Origin: Antedon mediterranea
Taxonomy: Eukaryota; Animalia; Echinodermata
Reading direction: 5' to 3'
Assembly: GCF_964355755.1 (NCBI RefSeq)
Contig: NC_092672.1
Coordinates: forward strand, 27,720,437 to 27,784,436
Length of the DNA stretch: 64,000 nucleotides
This document shows positions 13,401 through 25,400 of the stretch, piece after piece (within the stretch, counting starts at the first letter, position 1; every line of letters starts with the position of its first letter). Below the pieces are notes generated by a model, which was not told the DNA's origin, did not search any database, and saw only the letters and a program-made list of their open reading frames with translations. A program made the translations under genes and the position numbers.

Positions 13401-16400
13401 AACTACAAATAAAATCATAAGCATTGATAATTTATCTGATGTTGCTTTAAATTTTAAACGTGTGATGTCGCAATCTTTAAATTTGCTTTTCTCAGTTAAA
13501 ATGTCGTTATCTTTATTGATGTTTCTCTAACAGAAAATTCTGTTTATTTATATTCTAGATAACGAACGTCCAATGATTACCTGCCCAACAAATGTCACTT
13601 CAAACAATTATATTGGATTAGATAATGGACTAGTAAGTGTCAGAACAGATGAAGGAAGTCCAAATACCACAGTCACCTGGGATCTTCCTTTGGCAAGTGA
13701 TAATAGTAATGAAACAGTGACTGTTATGTCATCGCCATATAAATCAGGAGACATGATTCCAATTGGTATTTATCCAATCATCTTTACAGCAAATGATTCC
13801 TCTGGTAATATTGACACATGTGAATTTACTATCAAAGTTGAAGGTAAAAATACAATTTTTAAAGAAATGTGTAAATGTGTTATTAACGACCAAACAAATG
13901 AAAAATGTGAATGATGCGATACGAATATTATTTGACACTAAATACTAAACACTAAACCCAGTTGTAGTCACTATAATATAGTGTCTTTAAATAATGTCGT
14001 ATTAAACTAAAGTATAATTGAGCTAAAAAAAATGTAACGGAGTTTATATTGATATTTATTATCAGATAATGAAGAACCAATTTTATATACGTGTCCAATT
14101 AATGATACTACAGTAAACACTACTACTGGACAACCAACTGCTAATATTTCTTGTATAGAATCTACAGTAATGGATAACTCTGGCATATTGATTAATATCA
14201 ATGCTATTCTGTTTTCAGATATAAACATATTTTTTATTCTGTCTATTTGGCAGATTAAAAATTCCCCAATGATTTTATATTTAGGTTATATTATGAATTT
14301 TGCACAGTTCATTTAAAATAACATTATCATTAACGTTTAGATCAAGAAGCTCCAGATATTATCAATTGTCCAATGAATATGACTGTTAACACAACAACTG
14401 GTGAGGCATTTGCTATCAATATTACATGGGTTGAACCGACAGGTACTGATAACTCTGGAGAATTTATTGAGCTAGAATCAAACTACACTTCTGGTAATAT
14501 TATGTTTCTAATTGGTGACACAGCAGTCCAGTACAATGTCTCAGATTCATCTGGTAACTTCAATGACAGCTGTGTTTTTGTTATCACTGTTGAAGGTAGG
14601 AAACACGTTTTGCTCAACTCTGACGTACGTGCACTTACAATTGAGTAACCTGTACAGCTACATAAGACAGAGTTGACCAATAAACTTACTCCATGTTGCA
14701 AATCTACTTAGTAGTAGTAATTATAATTATCATCAGCTAATGTTTAATTTGAGAAGTGGGTTCTAGTTAACAAAACAGGAGTTTGAAACATGCATTCTCT
14801 ATTCTGGAAAATATTCAAATAATCAATTTCAAATTTCAACAATAGCAAAATTATTAGCCAAATTCTGAACTTTCTTCCACCAGGTAGTAGGTAATGAGTG
14901 TACTCCGAGAATAATGTTGTTACTAAATTATTTTTTTTGCTTAGATGTTTTGTGTAACATTGACCATTGTTTAAAAAAAATTAATTTCCTTTTCTGTTAT
15001 ATAAACATTCTTCTTTTTACTAAGTTACTTAGATATGTATGGGTATGTTTTTAATATTTAAAAAATAATACAATCTAATTTGACATGATCTCACTTGATA
15101 TTTAATATGAATTAAATTGTATTGATTAACTTTGGTAACATTTAAAAAAATAGTGCAATTCAACGATTCAAAGTTATGTTTTACAATGTTTCGGAATTTT
15201 AGATATGCGATAATATTGTTTTTGCACGTTTCTTTGTTGTTTTTTTACTTTATTATTTTTGTTTCGACTTATCAGCATATAATATGAAATCAATTTACTT
15301 AAATAAAAATGTGCATCAATAAAGTACAATACAACGAGGTAAATAAGAAACATTTGTTTGCAACATTTATTTTCAGAATGTTGGATGATTACTTAAATGT
15401 GTTATTTGCACGCACACAAATTGTTTGAATAACCAACATGATCAGTCACACGCTTCACTATCTCCTCACACACAATTTTACATTCTTAAAGATATGACAA
15501 TCTGTTTTATCCTATTTAAAGCATCTTAAAAAAAAATTGAAGGTACATTTTTCATAGTTTTAATTAAGTTTTAAATCAATTAAAAATAGTATTTTAATGT
15601 TATTTATAACTACAAATAAAATCATAAGCATTGATAGTTTATCTGATGTTGTTTTTAAATTTTAAACGTGTGATGTTGCAATATTTAAATTTGCTTTTCT
15701 CAGTTAACATGTCTTTATCTTTATTGATGTTTCTCTAACAGAACATTCTGTTTATTTATATTCTAGATAACGAACGTCCAATGATTACCTGCCCAACAAA
15801 TGTCACTTCAAACAATTATATTGGATTAGATAATGGACTAGTAAGTGTCAGAACAGATGAAGGAAGTCCAAATGCCACAGTCAATTGGGATCCTCCTTTG
15901 GCAAGTGATAATAGTAATGAAACAGTGACTGTTGTGTCATCGTCATATACATCAGGAGACATGATTCCAATTGGTATTTACCCAATCACCTTTACAGCAG
16001 ATGATTCCTCTGGTAATATTGACACATGTGACTTTACTATCAAAGTTAAAGGTAAAAATACAATTTTTTAAAGAATTGTGTAAATGTGTTATTAACGACC
16101 AAACAAATGAAAAATGTGAATGATGCAATACGAATATTATTTGACACTAAATACTAAACCTACTTGTAGTCACTATAATATATTATCACTTCTTTGTTCA
16201 CATTATGTAAATAAAGTTGAGGAGTCTGATTTTAAATTACGAAAATGAGAATTTTTAAAGTTATGCACGTTTTCCCCTGAAAATTTCAACAATAACCGCC
16301 TTTTTAAAATCAAACTTTTCTTTCACCAAATGTAATGAAGTGTGTAATTCGAGGTTACTTTTTCTATTTAGATTTTATTTTAGTTAATTTTGCTGCTTTT

Positions 16401-19400
16401 GTTGTTTAGATGTTTTGTGTAACAAACTTGATTTGTTAATGATTATTGCATTTTACGTTTTGTAAAAATAATGCGCGCATATGTAACTTTAACAACGTTA
16501 AACCAGGTTATTTCTGGTCTTAAAAGTGCGCTCTAAGGGTAATTATGATAAAAAGAGAAAACAATGCACTACATAATTAGCTCGTGTCGAAAGTTCTTTC
16601 GTAGACGTTTATAGGCCTAGCTTAGTTAGGCTTAGTTTTGTAGGCCTGGCTGGTAAAGAGTAGCCATAAGACTAGCCTGACATTGTCTCGTTGCTGAATT
16701 AATTGTCTTTTCTTTTTTGCCAGATTCCGTTAAAACAAATTGAGGAAAACTTTCACGCGATCGATCGAAATGAATGAATGAAAATATCAATCAGCGCGCG
16801 ATGCATGTTTTGATTTAATAGTCGGCCGCTTAAATGATTATAATCGACTTCTTTTTCACGCTTTAACCATTTTAAGGCGAAAAAAGTATCGCAATATATC
16901 CATATATATATATTTTACTTAGTTTTAAAAACGTAGGTATAGTGTCTTTAAATAATGTCGTATTAAATTAAAGTATAATTCAGCTAAAAAATGTAATGGA
17001 GTTTATATTGATATTTATTTAGAACCAATGTAAAATACGTGTCCAATTAATGATACTACAGAAAACACTACTACTGGACAACTAACTGCTAATATTTCTT
17101 GCATAGAATCTACAGTATGTATAACTCTGGCATATTGATTAATATCAATGCTATTCTGTTTTCAGATATAAACATATTTGTTTATTCTGTCTATTTGGCA
17201 GATTAAAAATTCCCTAATGATTTTATATTTAGGTTATATTATGAATTTTGCACAGTTCATTTAACATAACATTATCATTAACGTTTAGATCAAGAAGCTC
17301 CAGATATTATCAACTGTCCAATGAATATGATTGTTAACACAACAACTGGTGAGGCATTTGCAATTAATTTCACATGGGTTGAACCGACAGGTACTGATAA
17401 CTCTGGAGAATTTATTGAGCTAGAATCAAAGTACACTTCTGGTTATATTATGTTTCCAATTGGTGACACAACAGTCCAGTACAATGTCTCAGATTCATCT
17501 GGTAACTTCAATGACAGCTGTGTTTTTGTTATCACTGTTGAAGGTAGGAAATAGGTTTTTCTCAACTCTGACGTAACGTGCACTTACAATAATTGAGTAA
17601 AAATAGTAGGCCTACATTTAAACGATGTAAATAAGGGACACACAATATTGTGTTTGCACGTTTCTTTGTTGTTTTTTTTACTTTATTATGTTTGTTTCGA
17701 CTTATCAGCATATAATATGAAATCAATTTACTTAAATGAAAATATGTATCAATAAAGTACAATACAACGAGGTAAATAAGAAACATTTGTTTGCAACATT
17801 TATTAGCTGAATGTTAGATGATTATTTAAATGTGTTATTTGAACGCACACATATTGTTTGAATAATCAACATGATCAGTTACACGCTTCTCTATCTACTC
17901 ACACACAATTTTACATTTTTAAAGATATGACAATTATTTTTTATCCTATTTAAATCATAATTTAAAAAATTGAAGGTACACTTTTCATAGTTTTTAATTA
18001 AGTTTTCAATCAATTAAAAATAGTGTTTTTATGTTATTTTTCACTAGAAATAAAATCATAAGCATTGTTAGTTTATCTGATGTTGCTTTAAATTTTAAAC
18101 GTGTGAAGTCGCAATCTTTAAATTAGCTTTTCTCAGTTAAAATGTCTTTATCTTTATTGATGTTTTTCTAACAGAAAATTATGTTTATTTATATTCTAGA
18201 TAACGAACGTCCAATGATTACCTGCCCAACAAATGTCACTTCAAACAATTATATTGGATTAGATAATGGACTAGTAAGTGTCAAAACAGATGAAGGAAGT
18301 CCAAATGCTACAGTCACTTGGGATCCTCCTTTGGCAAGTGATAATAGTAATGAAACAGTGACTGTTGTGTCATCGCCATATAAATCAGGAGACATGATTC
18401 CAATTGGTATTCACCCAATCACCTTTACAGCACACGATTCCTCTGGTAATATTGAAACATGTGACTTTACTATCAAAGTTGAAGGTAAAAATAAAATAAA
18501 AATTTTATAGAATTGTGTATATGTGTTATTAACGACCAAACAAATGAAAAATGTGAATGATGCAATACGAATATTATTTGAAACTAAATACTAAACCTAC
18601 TTGTAGTCACTATAATATAATATCACTTCTTTGTTCACATGATGTAAATATAGTTCAGGAGTCTGATTTTAATTCACGAAAATAGGAATTTTTAAAGATA
18701 TGCACGTTTATTTAAACAATAACTGCCTTTTTAAATCACACTTCTGAAGATTTCTTTCACCAAGTGTAATGAAGTGTGTAATTCGAGGTTACTTTTTCTA
18801 TTTAAATTTTATTTTAGTTATTTTTGTTGATGTTGTTTAGATGTTTTGTGCAACAAACTTTATCACAGTATAAAAATATCAATCCGCGGGCGATGCATGT
18901 TGTTCTTTTTCATACTTTTAACCGTCTAAAGACTAAAAAAAGTATTGCAATAGGTCCATATATTTTTTTACATAAAATATAGTGACCTTATATTAGGTCG
19001 AAAAACATAGGTCTAGTGTCTTTAAATAATGTCGTATTAAAGCATAATTGATCTAAAAAATGTAACAGAGTTTATGGTGTATTGATATGTATTATCAGAT
19101 AATGAAGAACCAATTTTATATACGTGTCCAATTAATGATACTACAGTAAACACTACTACTGGACAACCAACTGCTAATATTTCTTGGATAGAATCTACAG
19201 TAATGGATAACTCTGGCATATTGATTAATATCAATGCTATTCTGTTTTCAGATATAAACATATTTGTTTATTCTGTCTATTTGGCAGATTAAAAATTCCC
19301 TAATGATTTTATATTTAGGTTATATTATGAATTTTGCACAGTTCATTTAAAATAACATTATTATTAACGTTTAGATCAAGAAGCTCCAGATATTATCAAT

Positions 19401-22400
19401 TGTCCAATGAATATGACTGTTAACACAACAACTGGTGAGGCATTTGCTATCAATATTACATGGGTTGAACCGACAGCTACTGATAACTCTGGAGAATTTA
19501 TTGAGCTAGAATCAAACTACACTTCTGGTAATATTATGTTTGTAATTGGTGACTCAGCAGTCCAGTACAATGTCTCAGATTCATCTGGTAACTTCAATGA
19601 CAGCTGTGTTTTTGTTATCACTGTTGAAGGTAGGAAACACGTTTTTCTCAACTCTGACGTACGTGCACTTACAATTGAGTAACCTGTACAGTTACGTAAG
19701 ACAGTTGACCAATAAACTTACTCCATGGTGCAAATCTACTTAGTAGTAGTAGTTATAATTATCATCTGCTAATGTTTAATTTGAGGAGTGGGTTCTAGTT
19801 AACAAAACAGGAGTTTGAAACATGCATTCTCTATCCTGGAAAATATTCAAATAATCAATTTCAAATTTCAACAATAGCAAAATTATTAGCCAAGTTCTGA
19901 AGTTTCTTCCACCAGGTAGTAGGTAATGAGTGTACTCCGTGAATAATGTTGTTACTAAATGTTTGTTTTTTGTGTGTTTTTTTTAGCTTAGATGTTTTGT
20001 GTAACATTGACAATTTTTTACAAACATTGAATTTCCTTTTCTGTTATTTAAACATTCTTCTTTTTACTAAGTTACTTAGATATGTATAGGTATGTTTTTA
20101 ATGTTTTAAAAAAAATACAATCTAATTTGATATGATCTCAATTGATATTTAATATGAATTAAATTGTATTGATTAACTTTGGTAACATTAAAAAAAAAAT
20201 TACAATTCAACGATGCAAATATGGAACATAAATAAGGAACATTTGACATAGTTCTTAGTTTTGTTTTACAATGTTTCAGAATTTTAGATAGGCAGTAATA
20301 TTGTGTTGTTTACTTTATTATTTTTGTTTCGACTTATCAGCATAAAATATGAAATCAATTTACTTAAATGTCAATAAAGTACAATACAACGAGGTAAATA
20401 AGAAACATTTATTTTCAGAATGTTGGATCATTATTTAAATGTGTTATTTGCACGCACACATTTGAATAATCAACATGATCAGTCACACGCTTCACTATCT
20501 ACTCACACACAATTTTACATTTTTAAAGATATGAAAATCAATTTTTATCCTATTTAAATCATAATTTAAAAAATTGAAGGTACATTTTTCATAGTTTTTT
20601 TTTAGTCATAAGTTTTAAATGAATTAAAAATAGTATTTGGATGTTATTTGTAACTACAAATAAAATCATAAGCATTGATAGTTTATCTGATGTTGCTTTA
20701 CATTTTAAACGTGTGATGTCGCAATCATTGAATTTTTATTTCTTAGTTAAAATATCTTTATCTTTATTTTAATCTTTTTATCTTTTTAATTTGTATATTC
20801 ATGTACCGATCCCCTATACTCATTTTGAGTCTTAAGATACTTTTTTATAAGCTTGTACAAATGTTAATTGGTGCAATATTTTTTGTATTTTTATGTTTTT
20901 AAGGGGCAACTGACTCTTTGAGTTATAGTAATTGTATTGCTTTAGTTGCCCCTGCCCATTGTGCTCTGTTTCTGTTCTGTATCTGTGTATTGGTCGAATA
21001 AATAAATGAAATGATGTTTCTCTAACAGAAAATTATGTTTATTTATATTCTAGATAACGAACGTCCAATGATTACCTGCCCAACAAATGTCACTTCAAAC
21101 AATTATATTGGATTAGATAATGGACTAGTAAGTGTCAGAACAGATGAAGGAAGTCCAAATGCCACAGTCACCTGGGATCTTCCTTTGGCAAGTGATAATA
21201 GTAATGAAACAGTGACTGTTGTGTCATCGTCATATAAATCAGGAGACATGATTCCAATTGGTATTCACCCAATCACCTTTACAGCAGATGATTCTTCTGG
21301 CAATATTGACACCTGTAACTTTGGTCTCAATGTTGAAGGTAAACATATCATTTATACATTTTACCAAATTTACTAAATCCTACTACTCACAGAAGAAATC
21401 CTGACAAATTTGATCTTGTGAAAGATATGCCTGCTAATAATCAATACATTTCAGTTTGTATAACATCCTCCACAATATCTTAACTGTTTCTATGCATAAC
21501 TTTAAATTAAAAGCAACTTAATTATTAAGAACTATTGAAATCTCGAGATTTCACAAATACAATAAATAATTTATTACATAACACTTCTTCTGAATCCAAC
21601 TATAACAGTAACAGAATTATATTCTCAATATACTTTGATCGACCTCAGGAGTTATGCAGGAAGTCCAGGAAACTTTGGAATATAAGTGAACTAGGGTAGG
21701 ACTGAAAGGGTAGGTGTGAAAGCTAAACACAATAGCAATGTTCATTAGAATTACAATAACCTTGATGTCCAAAAACGGTAAACTGACCAATATAATTTAC
21801 AAGTTTTACTGACAATATTAAACCAATAATATAAATAGTGATATTTGATATACTGACCTAAATGAAATGGGCCCATCAAACACTTTTATATAAACAAATG
21901 GTAAAATGCATTTTGCATTGTATTAAACATCAGGGCTTCAATTTTGTTATGTGGCATTTTGATTGGGTAATTTTGAGAAGGGGGAAGTGGTAAATCCAGG
22001 ATTTGAAATAGTTGAGGTGGCTAGGGTATGTGTGGTGGTGAGGGCCTTATTAAATACAGTTCTGTAACTTAACATTATGTCCTCTTGCATTGCAATTATT
22101 ACAATTTAGTGGGGAGGAGACCCCCTTGAATCCGTCTATTGTCTGGGGTGGTAGCGGCAGTGTGGTAATTTGGTGAAAGGGTAAGGATGGTACCCTGGCT
22201 GCTGTTTTGTGTATCGTGACATCGACATTAAATAAAGACGGTCTACGCACGTTTTGTAGTTTTGAGGGATCTGCCTAGGTCAGTGGTCAGAAAGGGGGTT
22301 TCCATCGACTTTTTGGCAAACGTTTCTCATTAGAGTGAATATAAATATGGGTCTTCTGAGTAGTTTGGCACAAACAAAATATTCCAATACACCCAGTAGT

Positions 22401-25400
22401 TACCAAGTTACGCAAAGTCTTAACTTTGACCATATTTACCTTTTGGCCCCTGCACTGACCAAGCATCCCAATTTTTATATAAGGAAGCAAAACAACATTG
22501 CTAGAAGATGCAGGTACCCCAACTAACTGTCATAAAATGTTGTGTTAAATAAATCCTTGCTTAAAATGATCCTTTATAAATCATATTATATTAAGCTGAA
22601 ACTCCAGGTAAAATGTGAATGTTATATTTCTTAATTTTTCTAATTCTGAATATTATTGGAAACTCAATACTTCGAACCAAAAGACAAACTATTATTAACA
22701 TTAGTAGGTCTAAATTTATATTCACATTATAAATAATTTATATTAAATACATTTTATTTATTAAACGAATAACAACAAATTTAACAAATAATTTCACAAA
22801 CGAATCCAGATTGTTTGTTATTTGAGTTTTCTCTGATTTCATTTAGTGGAACAAACATTATAAACATGCTTTCAACTTGTTTTGCATAGTTTTTGGAAGC
22901 TATAACGTACCTCAATGCTGTTTGGGTTTTACATGTAAACAGATGTAAAGTCTTTTTTGGCAAAAACAATTTCGAATTACCTATTTTTAAAGTTATGTTT
23001 TTTAATTTAGCCCATTTTTTTTTTAAGATTAAGATTACACTAAATATCATCATTTTTAGATCAAGAAGCCCCAGATATTATCAATTGTCCAATTGATATG
23101 ACTGTAAACACAACATCTGGTGAGGCATTTGCAATCAATGTCACATGGGTTGAACCGACAGCTACTGATAACTCTGGAGAGACTCTTTTACCACCAGTAG
23201 CAGACTACACTTCTGGTGATAATATGTTTCCAATTGGAGACAAAACAGTCCAGTACAATGTTTCAGATTCGTCTGGTAACTTTAATGATAGCTGTAGATT
23301 TGTTATCACTGTTGAAGGTATGTCGGTATAATATAATCTATGTATCTATACTTTAGTAAAGGGAATCTTTATATATGTATGTCTAAGTGACCAAAATGTT
23401 ATTACATTTGTATTAAAATTATGACTACTACACTAATACCAATAATAACCCTATATTTTATAAGTTAAGGCAATCAATCATGCAGACAATTAGAAATACT
23501 AACATTTACTTTAATAAATAATATTGTGAGGTGGTTTCCCGAATGATCGTAAAATCAAAACGGTACTGGGTATGACCAACTAGCGTTATTGTCACCAACT
23601 AGTCATCCATTCATAGAAGTACTGATGTAGTAGCCTATCTGTACGGTGACCATAGGATGTGACCCGAGACATGACTAACTACGACTTTTAGTTGATAGAA
23701 GATTGAAAACATTTTGTTAAGAAGAGTACTGTACTGTATGTGGATGTTTTATTGAAATTATGTCAATAATGTTTACACACTAGGCATATAAATAGTAATG
23801 TTTGTTAGTAAAAATAATTTTGAGTTAATAAGAATAAGATATAAGGAAGAAAAGCAAAGAGACTATACTAGGCCTTTTGGTTTTTAACTGAACCTGTGGA
23901 TGTCTTGTCGTTGTATGGTTTTAGTTTAAAAGAATCTATGTTCGATATGTGTGCGTGTGCGTAATAGAATGAAATGCTTGCGTACGATGTGCGTAAATGC
24001 AGAGTTGTGTACTGTGTAGTGTATGCTTCTTATAAGTGTATCGTACATAGTAGTAGAAGCAAAGATTATATAGAGCCGCTACGCGGCGCTATATAATCTT
24101 TGGTAGAAGATCGAAAATATAACATAGGTATATAATGGTAGAATATGAAAAAGTAGTATAGAATGTAGAAATAGGAAATGTTTGTTAATAAAAAAGAATA
24201 GATTTTGAATGTGAGGAATGACTTATGATGGTTAAATCCCACTAGAGATCTATGTCGGCTCCTAGGCCTGTATAACGTCGTGAGGTGGTTTCCCGAATGA
24301 TCGTAAAATCAAAACGGTACTGGGTATGACCAACTAACGCTAGTTGGTCATACCCAGTACCGTTTTGATTTTACGATCATTCGGGAAAACACCTTACGAC
24401 CAAAATGTTATTACATTTGTATTAAAATTATGACTACTACACTAATACCAATAACAACCCTATATTTTATAAGTTAAGGCAATCAATCATGCAGACAATT
24501 AGAAATACTAACATTTACTTTAATAAATAATATTGTTTTGATATTAGACATACATACTGTATTCATTCATTTTCTATTAGATAATGAACGTCCAACGATT
24601 AAATGTCCAAAAAATGTAACTTCAAATAATTACAATGGAGAAGAAAGTGGACTAATAAATGTCAACACAGATCATGGGAGTACAAATGCTACAGTCACAT
24701 GGGATCCTCCTTTGACAAGTGAAAATAGTAATGGATTTGTAACGGTAGTGCCATCACCATATGAGTCAGGTGACATGATTCCAATTGGTACTCACACAAT
24801 CACCTTTACAGCAACTGATACTTCTGGTAATATTGGCACATGTGACTTTGGTCTCAGGATTCAAGGTAACAAAATAAATTTTATTTTTGAATTTAACAAT
24901 TTATTTATTATTTATTGACAACTTGGCATCAGTATTGTGGGACCAAATAGTACTCCATTAATATTTTTAGTAACTGATTTTCATATTATCAAATAAAACA
25001 GAAGGACTTGTATCGGCATGAGCATTGTGGTACCATTAGTACTCCTTTCATATTTTTAGTAACTGAATGTCATATCAAATAAAACAGAAGCCGGTAACAT
25101 CTAAGAAAAATCAAATTCGCATGCCTCTCAATCAAATAAACACGTTTCTTGAACAATATATCGTTGCCGGTTGCTTATTGTAACAATATTATACTAAATA
25201 ATACATTTTTTATAAATCGTTTGTATAAATTATTAATTAAAAAATATATATATATTTCCACAGATGAACATATCCTCGATATTATCAATTGTCCAATGGA
25301 TATGACTGTTTCCACAACAACTGGCGAGGCATTTGCCATCGATGTGACATGGGTTGAACCAACAGCTTTTCATACCTTGGGAGAGACACCTGAACCAGAA

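Noticed and set aside
13525-13558. Upstream ctctaacag acceptor before several A exons
   Set aside because: It lies 25 nt (17 nt at exon 8) upstream and would shift frame; more likely a branch-point region.
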